64,000 nucleotides of DNA, from contig JANWWU010000078.1 of assembly GCA_025055595.1 (NCBI GenBank), forward strand, positions 16,257 through 80,256, written 5' to 3'. A program made the translations under genes and the position numbers. Each line of letters starts with the position of its first letter. The first letter of the stretch is position 1. The notes under the pieces were generated by a model that worked only from the letters and a program-made list of their open reading frames with translations, was not told where the DNA came from and searched no databases. Source of the DNA: Planctomycetota bacterium. GTDB lineage: Bacteria > Planctomycetota > UBA11346. Positions 43,393-55,096 of the stretch are shown piece after piece.

Positions 43393-44654
43393 GGGCGGTA
43401 GCGACGGAAGATCAGCGACGCATTATGGCCGCCGAAGCCGAGGTTGTTGGAGAGCGCATACTCGATCGCTGCCGGGCGCGCCTGCTGCGGCACATAGTCG
43501 AGATCGCATTCGGGGTCGGGATGCTGCAGGTTGATCGTCGGCGGCAGCACGCCGTGCTGCAGGGCGAGGATGGTAGCGATCGCCTCGACCGCCCCGGCGG
43601 CGCCCAGGGTGTGGCCCGTCATGCTCTTCGTCGAACTGACGGCGAGCTTGTAGGCATGGGGTCCGAAGACCTGCTTGATCACCGCCGTCTCGGTCTTGTC
43701 GTTGAACTCCGTGCTCGTGCCGTGCGCATTGATGTAGCCGATCGCCTCGGGCGGCAGCCCGGCGTCGGCGAGCGCCATCCGCATGCAGGCGATGCCGCCG
43801 GCCCCGCTCGGGTCGGGCGCCGTCTCGTGATAGGCATCGCCCGTGCAGCCGTAGCCGACGATCTCGGCGATGATCCGCGCGCCCCGCGCCTGGGCATGCT
43901 CCAGGCTCTCGAGGACTAGGATGCCGGCGCCCTCGGCCATCACGAAGCCGTCGCGGTCCTTGTCGAAGGGGCGGCTGGCCGCGCCCGGGTCGTCGTTGCG
44001 CTTCGACAGCGCGCCGATCGCGTTGAAGCCGGCGACCCCAAGGTGGGTGATCGGCGCCTCGCTGCCGCCGCACAGGGCAGCGTCGCAGAGCCCGTGCCGG
44101 ATGTGGTGGAAGGCCGCCCCGATGCAGTGGCTGGCGGTCGCACAGGCGGTGACGATCGCGTAGTTCGGGCCCTTGGCACCGTAGACGATCGAGATGTCGC
44201 CGGCCAGGCTGTCGACGATCATCTTCGGTACGAGCAGCGGGCTGACGCGCGAGGGGCCGCGCTCGAGCATCGTCCGATGTTCCTCTTCGATCGTCGCCAG
44301 ACCGCCGATGCCGGCGCCGACGATGACCGCGACGCGGAAGGGGTCGCGCCACGCCACCTTGCCATCGGCCGTGCGCGGCAAGCCGGACATCGCCATCGCC
44401 TCGGCCGCCGCCTTGAGCGCCAGCAGGACGAAGCGATCCTTGCGGCGCAGCATCTTGCGATCGCCGTTGGCCAGCGTCAGGTTGTCGATCGGCACCTCGC
44501 CGGCGAAACGCGTCGCGTGCTGGCTAGCGTCGAACTGGGTGATCATGCGGATGCCGTGGCGGCCCTGGCGCAAGGCATCCCAGAACGAGGGGACATCGGT
44601 GCCATTGCACGCGACCACCCCCATGCCGGTGATCACGACCCGACGCTGGCTCAT
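43389..44654 (-). CDS. fabF: 3-oxoacyl-[acyl-carrier-protein] synthase II
   Basis: RRVVITGMGVV, the Cys in AIVTACATASHCI, and the His-His pair (HGTSTEFND ... GHTLGAAGA). The start is taken at MSQRRVVITG; the track start at 44690 adds 12 aa. Confidence 0.9.
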   Translation of the reverse strand: MSQRRVVITGMGVVACNGTDVPSFWDALRQGRHGIRMITQFDASQHATRFAGEVPIDNLTLANGDRKMLRRKDRFVLLALKAAAEAMAMSGLPRTADGKVAWRDPFRVAVIVGAGIGGLATIEEEHRTMLERGPSRVSPLLVPKMIVDSLAGDISIVYGAKGPNYAIVTACATASHCIGAAFHHIRHGLCDAALCGGSEAPITHLGVAGFNAIGALSKRNDDPGAASRPFDKDRDGFVMAEGAGILVLESLEHAQARGARIIAEIVGYGCTGDAYHETAPDPSGAGGIACMRMALADAGLPPEAIGYINAHGTSTEFNDKTETAVIKQVFGPHAYKLAVSSTKSMTGHTLGAAGAVEAIATILALQHGVLPPTINLQHPDPECDLDYVPQQARPAAIEYALSNNLGFGGHNASLIFRRYRP

Positions 44655-44686
44655 CCCCCCGCGATCCGCTCCCGCCGTCACCTCGC

Positions 44687-45070
44687 TCACGATCCCGCCG
44701 GCGACGCACCGCCCTGGCGCTTCTTCGCTTCCTCCTCCTGCAGGACGCGATCGATCGCCTGCACGATGTCGCCGATCGTCTTCAGCTGTTGAGCCTTCTC
44801 CTCCTCGATGCGCACGGCGAAGGCGTCCTCGAGATCCATCGTGATCTCGGCCTGGTCGAGGCTGTCAGCGCCGAGGTCGTTGACCAGGTCACTGGCATCG
44901 GTGATGGTGTTGACATCCTTCGACAGTCGGTCAGCGATGATCTGCTTCACCTTGGAGCGGATCTCGTCGATGCTCGGGCGGCTGGAGGGGGTGCTGTTGG
45001 CGGAAGCGCTCACGGTCTGGTCTCCGACATGCGAGTTGCAGGCATTGTTGGTCGCGGACGACAGCGTCAA
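44687..45070 (-). CDS. acpP: acyl carrier protein (canonical DSL motif) with N- and C-terminal extensions
   Basis: IDEIRSKVKQIIADRL...DLGADSLDQAEITMDLEDAFAV...IGDIVQAI. The true start is probably the internal GTG near 45013 (VSASANS...). The track start is a TTG and adds a Ser/Thr/Asn-rich leader. Confidence 0.8.
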   Translation of the reverse strand: MTLSSATNNACNSHVGDQTVSASANSTPSSRPSIDEIRSKVKQIIADRLSKDVNTITDASDLVNDLGADSLDQAEITMDLEDAFAVRIEEEKAQQLKTIGDIVQAIDRVLQEEEAKKRQGGASPAGS

Positions 45071-45116
45071 GGCGAGCGCCCGGCTGACGGCGGCAGCGCC
45101 GCGCTAGGCTGCGTAC

Positions 45117-45716
45117 ATGCGCGCCTGGACCCCGCTGCTCGCGCTGCTGGCCGCCTGCACTCCTTCGCCTGCGCTGCCGCCGCCGGGCACCAGTCAGCCG
45201 GTGGTCATCCACCTCTGGAGCGCGGAAGACCAGCCGCCTTCTCGCTTCGTCGTCCAGCGGATGGTGCAGGAAGGCGTGCGCCTCGACCGCCTGCTGCTCG
45301 AGGGGGTCAGCGCGCGCCTCGTCGACCGCGATCTCGACTGGGCGCTCAGCGCGCCGCGCGGTTCCTGGCGCACCAGCGAGGACCGTCTGCTGCTCGACGG
45401 TCCCGTGCGCCTCGCTGGCACCTGGCAGGGCTCGCCGCTGCTCGGCCGGGCCGCGCGCGCGAGCTGGCAGCGGCGCGGGCAAGCCGTCGAACTGCATGAC
45501 CTCGAGCTGTGGAGCCGCGGGCAGCGGCTCTACGCGCCCCTGCTCGTCATCCATCGCCAGCGGCAGATCGAGGCCCCGCGCGGCATCCGCAGCGAGCCGC
45601 TGCCGGCGCACGCCGAACTGCTGCTGGCGACCCTGCCCGTGCCGCTGCCAACCTTCATTCCGCCGGTCGACGACGCAGGGCCTCGGCGCGCGCCAGCGAG
45701 CGGCGCTCGCCGGTGA
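45117..45716 (+). CDS. hypothetical lipoprotein
   Basis: MRAWTPLLALLAACTPSPA contains the lipobox LAAC. The gene is divergent from acpP. Confidence 0.5.
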   Translation: MRAWTPLLALLAACTPSPALPPPGTSQPVVIHLWSAEDQPPSRFVVQRMVQEGVRLDRLLLEGVSARLVDRDLDWALSAPRGSWRTSEDRLLLDGPVRLAGTWQGSPLLGRAARASWQRRGQAVELHDLELWSRGQRLYAPLLVIHRQRQIEAPRGIRSEPLPAHAELLLATLPVPLPTFIPPVDDAGPRRAPASGARR

Positions 45717-46080
45717 TCAGGGCATGGAGCTGCCAGGCCTGCGGCTCATCGGGGGCGGCGCGCACGAGCTCGCGCGCGCGCGTCGCGGCCACGGCCTCGC
45801 CGCGCAGCCAGGCGGCGCTCGCCGCGCGCGCCAGCGCGCGCAGCCGCGCTGGATCCGGCGTACGACGCGCCGCGCGCCAGCGCAAGATCAACGCCGCGCC
45901 CGCCAGCAGCAGATGCACGGTGGCGCAGCGCGGCCAGGCCCAGGCGGCGAGGAAGCCGCCGCCGAGGACCGCGGCGAGCAGCAGCGCGGCGAGCAGCAGG
46001 GCGGCATTGAGCACCGCGAGCACCAGCAGCGGCAGGCCCCAGCCGAGGCGGCCAGCGACCGTCAGGCTGGCGCCTGGCAT
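45655..46080 (-). CDS. small membrane protein (141 aa), hypothetical
   Basis: Internal Met MPGASLTVAGRLGWGLPLLVLAVLNAALLLAALLLAAVLGGGFLAAWAW (residue 190 of track ORF 45655..46647). The upstream part of that ORF overlaps the metallophosphoesterase gene in another frame and is junk. Confidence 0.5.
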   Translation of the reverse strand: MPGASLTVAGRLGWGLPLLVLAVLNAALLLAALLLAAVLGGGFLAAWAWPRCATVHLLLAGAALILRWRAARRTPDPARLRALARAASAAWLRGEAVAATRARELVRAAPDEPQAWQLHALITGERRSLARAEALRRRPAE

Positions 46081-46106
46081 GACGAGGTCGACCCAGGAGA
46101 AGCGCT

Positions 46107-46838
46107 TCACTTGCCTTGATACAGCCGCAACGCCAGAATCTCCGGCAAGCCGGCGGCGCGGATCTGGCGCGCGGCCTCGTCGATGTCGTACGCCACGCGG
46201 TGGATCTCGACCACTTCCAGATTGCTGTCGTACATCACCCAGCAGGCGCGGTTGTTCTCGTCGCGCGGCTGGCCGACCGAGCCGGCGTTGACGATCGTCG
46301 TCGTCGCCGCATCCACCGGCACCACGCTCTCCAGCGTGTAGGTGATCGGGTCGCTGTCGAAGAAGGTGACCGGCACGTGGCTGTGGCCGAGGAAGCCGAG
46401 ATTGACGCCGCGCGCGCGCAGGGCGGCGAAGCTCTGCTCGGCGTCGAACACGGTCTGGATGTAGTTGAAGGCCTCCGGCTGATGGAAGGTGCCGTGCGCG
46501 ACCGCGCAATGCTCGTACATCAGCGTCAACGGCAGCGCCGCGAGCCAGGCCTTGTGGTCGTCGCTGAGCTGCTCGCGCGTCCACAGCGCCGCCACCTTGG
46601 CGTAGGCATTGAACGCATCGATCGAGATCCGACCGATCGCCGCCCAATCGTGATTGCCGGCGATGCAGTCGCAGCCGAGCTCGCGGATCGCTTCGAGGCA
46701 GCGGACGGGCTCGGCCCCGTAGCCGACGATGTCGCCGAGGCAGACGATGCGATCGATGCGGCTGTCTTTGATCGCTTCCAGCACCTTCATCAGGGCCGGG
46801 TAGTTGCCGTGGATATCGCCAAGGAAGGCGTAGCGCAC
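46107..46838 (-). CDS. calcineurin-like metallophosphoesterase (YfcE/MJ0936-like)
   Basis: GDIHGN, GDIVGYG, GNHD and GHSH metallophosphatase motifs. Confidence 0.8.
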   Translation of the reverse strand: MRYAFLGDIHGNYPALMKVLEAIKDSRIDRIVCLGDIVGYGAEPVRCLEAIRELGCDCIAGNHDWAAIGRISIDAFNAYAKVAALWTREQLSDDHKAWLAALPLTLMYEHCAVAHGTFHQPEAFNYIQTVFDAEQSFAALRARGVNLGFLGHSHVPVTFFDSDPITYTLESVVPVDAATTTIVNAGSVGQPRDENNRACWVMYDSNLEVVEIHRVAYDIDEAARQIRAAGLPEILALRLYQGK

Positions 46839-46851
46839 GGAAGCTCCTTCT

Positions 46852-47640
46852 TCAGGGAATGTCCTGCTGTTGGAAGAGGGCGAGGCCGATCGCCATGGCC
46901 CCCGCGCACCACGCCAAGGCGTGGGCGAGTCCGGCGAGCACCGCTGTCAGCGGCAGCCCGCCCGCGACATGCGCGGCATCGTCGGCGACGAGCAGATCGA
47001 GAGCCGGGATCACGAATGCGCCATGCCAGCCCAGCTGCGGCAGCAGATGCGCGATCACCCAGGCGGCGAAGCAGGCGATGATGTTGCCGACCAGCGCGAA
47101 GCGCAGCGCCAGGACCACCGCCAATGCCGTCATGCACAGCGCCTGCGCCGCCGCCAGCGCATGGCCGCCGAGCAGGGAGCCCCAAGGGACGGCGATCGGT
47201 TCCCGCTCGCCGTGGTGGTGGTGCGGGTCATGGTCGAACTCGAAGGCGGTCACCGCGCCCACCTCGACGACGCCGGCATGGGCGAGCGCCAGCAAGAGCC
47301 CGCACAGCGCGACGGCGCCCAGCAGCCCAAGGCCCTTGCCGGCGAGGAAGGCGACGCGCGACAGCGGCTTGGCCAGCAGCGTCAGGGCGGTGCGCTCCGC
47401 CAGCTCGCGGTGCACCGCCGTGCTCGCGCCGAGCACCCCGATGAACAGCGCGACGACCGCATGCACCGCGATGCCCGAGGAGCAGAGCATGCGCATGCGG
47501 TCGGCCTCGGCGAAGTTGAACATCCCGAAGACCAGCGACAGGCCAAGCAGGATGCCGCCGACCGCCAGGGCGAGCCAGGTGGCAGGTTGCCGCAGGACAT
47601 CGGCCGCCGTCAGGCGCGCCAAGGCCAACAGCGCACGCAT
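46852..47640 (-). CDS. ABC-2-type transporter permease-like membrane protein with a His-rich loop
   Basis: The N-terminus LTAADVLRQPATWLALAVGGILLGLSLVFG resembles ABC-2 permeases. About six TM helices. Contains a DHDPHHHHGE loop. No ATPase gene is adjacent. Confidence 0.5.
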   Translation of the reverse strand: MRALLALARLTAADVLRQPATWLALAVGGILLGLSLVFGMFNFAEADRMRMLCSSGIAVHAVVALFIGVLGASTAVHRELAERTALTLLAKPLSRVAFLAGKGLGLLGAVALCGLLLALAHAGVVEVGAVTAFEFDHDPHHHHGEREPIAVPWGSLLGGHALAAAQALCMTALAVVLALRFALVGNIIACFAAWVIAHLLPQLGWHGAFVIPALDLLVADDAAHVAGGLPLTAVLAGLAHALAWCAGAMAIGLALFQQQDIP

Positions 47641-47729
47641 TCAAAGGATGTTGCGCCGTCGGCTGGCGTGGCAAGTCCAGCGCGGCAGCGGTTGCGTGCC
47701 GTCACCGCCCGCGAGAAGCGGCGGCCATC

Positions 47730-48707
47730 ATGGACTTCCACCTGCTCAGCCATAACCTGCTCGCGCCCGCCTTCCTCGCCTTCACCGTCGGACTGCTCGC
47801 GCGGCTGCTGCGCAGCGATCTCGCCTTCCCGGAGCAGCTGTCGCAGGCCCTCGGTATCTACCTGCTCTTCGCCATCGGGATCAAGGGCGGAGCGACGCTG
47901 AGCGGCGTCTCCTGGGGGGCGATCGCCTGGCCGGCGCTCGCCACGCTCGGCCTCGGCAGCGCCATCCCCCTCCTCGCCTATCCGATCGCGCGGCGCTGGC
48001 TGCGCCTCTCGCGCATCGATGCCGCGGCCCTGGCCGCGCACTATGGATCGACCTCGGCAGTCACCTTCCTCGCCGCCGCGGCCTACATCACGCACCTCGG
48101 CGACACCTATGAGGGCGTGATGCCGGGGCTGCTGGCGCTGATGGAAGTGCCGGGCATCGCCGTCGCGCTGTGGCTGGCGCGGCGCGCCGCCGGCGACGGT
48201 GACGAGGATCGGCCGGCGCTGCTGCCGGCCCTCGCCAAGGTGATGACCGGCAAGTCGATCGTCCTGCTGATCGGCGGCATGGGGGTGGGCTGGATCGCCG
48301 ATCCCGCGGCCCTCGCCAAGATCGACGCCTTCTTCGTGCATCCCTTTGTCGGCATCCTCTGCCTGTTCCTGCTCGACCTCGGCACGGTGGCCGCGGAGCG
48401 CCTGCGCGGCCTCGATGCGCGTTGGTGGCGGGTCGCGCTGTTCGCCATCGCCATGCCGCTGATCAACGGCGGCATCGGCATCCTCGTCGGCACGTGGACC
48501 GGGCTGTCGGTCGGCGGCACCACTTTGTTCGCCGTCCTCGCCGCGAGCGCGAGCTACATCGCTGCGCCGGCGGCCGTGCGCAGCACCCTGCCGCACGCCG
48601 ACCTCGGCCTGTGCCTGGCGGCAGCGATCGGCATCACCTTCCCCTTCAACCTGTCGCTCGGCATCCCGCTGTATTACGCGATGGCTCAGGCGCTGGTCGG
48701 CCGCTAG
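47730..48707 (+). CDS. polytopic permease, possibly SbtA/DUF897-like (sodium-dependent bicarbonate transporter family)
   Basis: 325 aa with about 10 TM helices and an internal two-fold repeat. The family call is made from memory of the overall pattern and is weak. Confidence 0.45.
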   Translation: MDFHLLSHNLLAPAFLAFTVGLLARLLRSDLAFPEQLSQALGIYLLFAIGIKGGATLSGVSWGAIAWPALATLGLGSAIPLLAYPIARRWLRLSRIDAAALAAHYGSTSAVTFLAAAAYITHLGDTYEGVMPGLLALMEVPGIAVALWLARRAAGDGDEDRPALLPALAKVMTGKSIVLLIGGMGVGWIADPAALAKIDAFFVHPFVGILCLFLLDLGTVAAERLRGLDARWWRVALFAIAMPLINGGIGILVGTWTGLSVGGTTLFAVLAASASYIAAPAAVRSTLPHADLGLCLAAAIGITFPFNLSLGIPLYYAMAQALVGR

Positions 48708-49603
48708 CGGACGGCGCTGTCGCCGGCCTGCTGCCACACCGCTTCGGCGAAGTACGAAGATCGCACATAGGGTCCGGCGGCGACGGCGCGGAAGCCGAGC
48801 TCCCGCCCCCACTGCTCGTAGCGCGCGAAGACCTCGGGCGGAACGAAGCGGATCACATCGTGGTGCTGCAGGCTGGGCCGCAGGTACTGCCCGATCGTGA
48901 CGATGTCGCAGCCGGCGGCGCGCAGATCGGCGAGGACCTCGTGCACCTCGTCATCGGTCTCGCCGAGCCCGACCATGATCCCGCTCTTGGTCGGCGTTCC
49001 GGGGGCCAACCGCTTGGTCTCGGCGAGCAGCTGCAGGGAGCGGCGGTAGCGCGCCTGGGGGCGGACCGTCGGATAGAGCCGCGGCACGGTCTCGAGGTTG
49101 TGGTTCAGGACATCGGGCGCCGCTGCCAGCACCGTCGCCAGCGCCGCGCGATCGCCGTTGAAGTCTGGAATCAGCACCTCGATGCGCGTCTGCGGGCAGC
49201 GCTCGCGGATGGCGCGGATGGCGGCCGCGAAGTGGCCGGCACCGCCGTCCGGCAGATCGTCGCGGTTGACGCTGGTCAAGACCGCGAAGCGCAGCCCGAG
49301 CTCGGCGACCGCTGCCGCGACGCGCAGCGGCTCGTCGGCCGCCGGCGGCGGCGGCGCGCGGTCGTAGGCGACATCGCAGAAGGTGCAGGTGCGCGTGCAG
49401 GCCTCGCCGAGCAGCATGAAGGTCGCAGCGCGCCGGCTCCAGCACTCGGCGCGGTTCGGACAGCTCGCCTCCTCGCACACCGTCGTCAGCTGCAGGCGGC
49501 GCACGATCGCCTCGGTGCGCGCCGCCTCCCCGCCGGCCGGCAGGCGGCGCTTCAGCCACGGTGGCAGGCGCTGGCGCACCGGCGAGATCGGGATGACGGG
49601 CAT
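48704..49603 (-). CDS. lipA: lipoyl synthase
   Basis: The auxiliary cluster motif CEEASCPNRAECW and the radical SAM motif CTRTCTFCDV. Confidence 0.9.
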   Translation of the reverse strand: MPVIPISPVRQRLPPWLKRRLPAGGEAARTEAIVRRLQLTTVCEEASCPNRAECWSRRAATFMLLGEACTRTCTFCDVAYDRAPPPPAADEPLRVAAAVAELGLRFAVLTSVNRDDLPDGGAGHFAAAIRAIRERCPQTRIEVLIPDFNGDRAALATVLAAAPDVLNHNLETVPRLYPTVRPQARYRRSLQLLAETKRLAPGTPTKSGIMVGLGETDDEVHEVLADLRAAGCDIVTIGQYLRPSLQHHDVIRFVPPEVFARYEQWGRELGFRAVAAGPYVRSSYFAEAVWQQAGDSAVR

Positions 49604-49660
49604 GGCGGAACCCTAGGCTCTTATGGCGCGCGCCAAGGAGGCGCCGGCGCGGCTTGCGCG

Positions 49661-52300
<2,640 letters not shown>

Positions 52301-52343
52301 CATGCGCGCAAGCATGGGCGGCCGGGGCTCGTGCAACGCGCGC

Positions 52344-53282
52344 TCAGCGGCGCGTGGGCGGTTCGCCAGCCAGCTCGCGCACGGTCAGGCCGTAGGCCCG
52401 CGCCAGGGCCTCCTCGGCCGCGCAGCCGGCACGCAGCGCGGCAAGCAAGACCGGAAAGGCGCGGCGCCTGCTTGGATGCAGCAGGGCGCCGACCACCGCC
52501 GTCGCCAGCTGGGCATCGAGGGGCTCCTCGTCGGCCAGCAGGCGGGCGAGGGCGACGCTGCCGGCGCAGGCGCGGATCTCGCCGAGGCGGCGCTCGGCCA
52601 ACCCCGTGCCGTCGGCGCGCGCGCGCGCCGCGCCGGCGACGCCGAGGCGCAGCCAGGCCGGCCAGCCAGCGCGCGGCTCGCCGGCGAGCGCGAGCGCGAG
52701 CTCGGCGATCGCCACCGCGAGGCTCGCCCGCGTCTCCCGCTCGGCGATGCGCAGGATGGGCAGCGCCGGGCGCACGACCCGCGCGCGTCCGGGAGCGAGC
52801 GCCGGATGCGCCAGACCCCACGGCGCCAGCAGCAGCGGTCCATGCCAGCGCGGCCAGCGCAGCGGCGCCAGCAGCTCCTGGACATCGCTCAGCGCCCCGC
52901 GCTCCTCGACCGTCGTCGGCCGCGGCCGGCCTTCGCTGGTCAGCGCGGCGAGCGCGGCGCGCGCATCGACGCCCCAGCGCTGCGCCTCGCGCGCCACCCA
53001 GGCGCGCAGAACCGTCGCCAGCGCGCTGTCCTCGGGCAAGGGCTCCGGCAGCGTAAGCAGCATCCGCCACGCGCTCTCGTCTTCGCCCCAGGCGAGCGCG
53101 GCGCCGACGCGCTCGGCCAGCGGCAGCCGCGTCTCGCTGAGGAGGCGCTGGGCGCGCAGCGCGGACGGCAGCATCGCCGCCGGCACGACCACGGGCAGGA
53201 GCTGGCCGGCATAGGACGCAGCGCGCGCATCGAGGCGCGCCGGTGGAAGGGCCAGGGCCAGCGCCAGCGACGCGAGATCCAC
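52344..53282 (-). CDS. hypothetical protein (312 aa, Ala/Leu/Trp-rich)
   Basis: Normal composition. The overlapping ORFs 52300..53070 (-) and 52212..53321 (+) are Arg/Gly shadows. Confidence 0.5.
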   Translation of the reverse strand: MDLASLALALALPPARLDARAASYAGQLLPVVVPAAMLPSALRAQRLLSETRLPLAERVGAALAWGEDESAWRMLLTLPEPLPEDSALATVLRAWVAREAQRWGVDARAALAALTSEGRPRPTTVEERGALSDVQELLAPLRWPRWHGPLLLAPWGLAHPALAPGRARVVRPALPILRIAERETRASLAVAIAELALALAGEPRAGWPAWLRLGVAGAARARADGTGLAERRLGEIRACAGSVALARLLADEEPLDAQLATAVVGALLHPSRRRAFPVLLAALRAGCAAEEALARAYGLTVRELAGEPPTRR

Positions 53283-53283
53283 G

Positions 53284-53379
53284 CTACGGACCGCGGCGGC
53301 GTCCGAGGATCACCACCGTGATGATGGCGGTCACCGCCGCGACTATGACGATCAACGCCACAGGCAGGAGGATGCGCAT
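53284..53379 (-). CDS. possible 31-aa hydrophobic micro-protein (MRILLPVALIVIVAAVTAIITVVILGRRRGP)
   Basis: Found by manual translation; it is below the track length cutoff. It starts 3 nt after the SPFH gene stop and ends 1 nt before the next gene. Coordinates are accurate to about 1 nt. Confidence 0.25.
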   Translation of the reverse strand: MRILLPVALIVIVAAVTAIITVVILGRRRGP

Positions 53380-53382
53380 GCT

Positions 53383-54993
53383 TCACCGCTTGGGTGGCGT
53401 CTCCACCGCTTGCCGCAGCAGGGTGCCCGCCAAGGCATCGAGGGCGCCGCCGGGAGCGCTGACCATCACCTGGGGCGTGATCTGCACCCGACCCTCGGCG
53501 ACCAGCTTGAGCAGTTCGAGCTGGGTCACGGCCTCCTTGCCCAGGGCCTCGACCATCGCGCGGTAGGCGGCAGCGCGGCCCTCGCCGGTGATGCGCTGGT
53601 AGTCGGCCTCGCCCCGCGCTTCGGCAGCGCGCGCCTGCGCCTGCTGCTCCTTGACTTTCACGGCATAGGTCGCCTGCGCCAGGTTGCGCTGCTGCTCGGC
53701 TTCTTCCTGGGCCTTGACGAAGGCGGCGCGCGCCTCTTCAGCCTTGCGCTGCTCGGCATAGAGCGTCTGCTGGTTCTTGGCGACCTCGGTATCGGTCTGC
53801 GTCGCGAGCAGCTTGCGCCCGGCATCGGTGGCGTCGAGATGGATGTTGCCGACATAGACTCCGTCGCAGGTGACGAAATAGCGCGCGAGCTCCGCCTTGA
53901 CCCGCTCGGTGGCGACGCGCTCGACCTGGCTGCGCGCATTGACGAACTCCAGCGCATTCATGCCCTCGGCGACATTGCGGAAGATCGCGCGCACTGTCGG
54001 CAGGATGATCCGCGCTTCCAGCACTTCCAGCTCCTCGTCTTCCTGCTCGTCGCGCATGTGGCGATCGGGATCGCCGAGCAGGGCGACGAGCTGCGGGGCA
54101 TGCGCGGCCTCGACCGCGCAGACGACGCGCACATCGACGGGGAAGGAGAAGCCGTCGCGAGAGCGTACCGTCACCGACCAGTCCTCCTGCTGCGCCGCCG
54201 CGGCAGCGACGCCCTTGCCCGCGCTGCGCGGGCCCTGCTGCTGGTAGGTGTAGACGCGCTGCGTGGTCTTGACGATGGTCGGAGCATAGGCGTGGGTGTT
54301 GATGTAGTAGGCGCCCGGCGGCAGCGGCTCGCGCCAGATCCCGCGGCAGGTGCGGGGCACCAGCGGCACGCCGTTCACCAGCGGGCTTTCGGACGGAGCC
54401 GGAGCGCCCGTGCGTGCAGTGATCACCGCTACCGTACCGGGAGCGACGATCAAGGCGTCGATCGTCTGGATGTCATGCAGCGCCGGGTTGTAGCGATAGG
54501 TGCCGGGCGTCAGTACGGTGGCCTGCGGCCCGCGCTGGCCGCCACCCGCAAAGAAACGCTCGGGATCGAGCATCTCCGTCGCCGAATCCCAGGGCTTGGC
54601 GTAGATCTCGCCCGACGGCAGCGGCTCACCGTCGTGCGCGGTGACGAAACCGAGCTTACCGTGCTCGATGACCATCACCGGCACCTCCTGGACTTCATAG
54701 AGCAGCGGGAAGTAGCCGAAATGCCAGCCTGGACCGAGGATGCGCGCCTGCGGTCCTTGCTCTCCGTGACGCGCGACGATGGCCCCGGGAGGTAAGGGAT
54801 CGCCGAAATACTTGATGACGACGCCAGTGCGATCGGCGGCGATCACCACCGAGGAAGCGAGCGCCAGCCCGGCGAGGAATACCAGCGCGGCGACGGCGTA
54901 GAGCGCGCCACTCAACCACACCGACAAGCGCGCGACGGCGGCATACGCCGCGATCACCGTCGCGAGGATGGTGAACAAAACCAAAAAGAGCAT
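53383..54993 (-). CDS. SPFH/band 7 domain protein, long flotillin-like (FloT/YqiK-like)
   Basis: Two N-terminal TM helices, an SPFH core, and a long EA-rich coiled-coil (AEQRKAEEARAAFVKAQEEAEQQRNLAQATYAVKVKEQQAQARAAEARGEADYQ). Confidence 0.8.
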   Translation of the reverse strand: MLFLVLFTILATVIAAYAAVARLSVWLSGALYAVAALVFLAGLALASSVVIAADRTGVVIKYFGDPLPPGAIVARHGEQGPQARILGPGWHFGYFPLLYEVQEVPVMVIEHGKLGFVTAHDGEPLPSGEIYAKPWDSATEMLDPERFFAGGGQRGPQATVLTPGTYRYNPALHDIQTIDALIVAPGTVAVITARTGAPAPSESPLVNGVPLVPRTCRGIWREPLPPGAYYINTHAYAPTIVKTTQRVYTYQQQGPRSAGKGVAAAAAQQEDWSVTVRSRDGFSFPVDVRVVCAVEAAHAPQLVALLGDPDRHMRDEQEDEELEVLEARIILPTVRAIFRNVAEGMNALEFVNARSQVERVATERVKAELARYFVTCDGVYVGNIHLDATDAGRKLLATQTDTEVAKNQQTLYAEQRKAEEARAAFVKAQEEAEQQRNLAQATYAVKVKEQQAQARAAEARGEADYQRITGEGRAAAYRAMVEALGKEAVTQLELLKLVAEGRVQITPQVMVSAPGGALDALAGTLLRQAVETPPKR

Positions 54994-55096
54994 GAAGTTG
55001 ATGCTAGACAGGAAACCGAGAGCACAAGGCCGCCGACCGCTGCAAGCGGCGGAGAACAGCCCTAGGCAAGCTGGCGAGGCGCGGCATCATAGCCGC

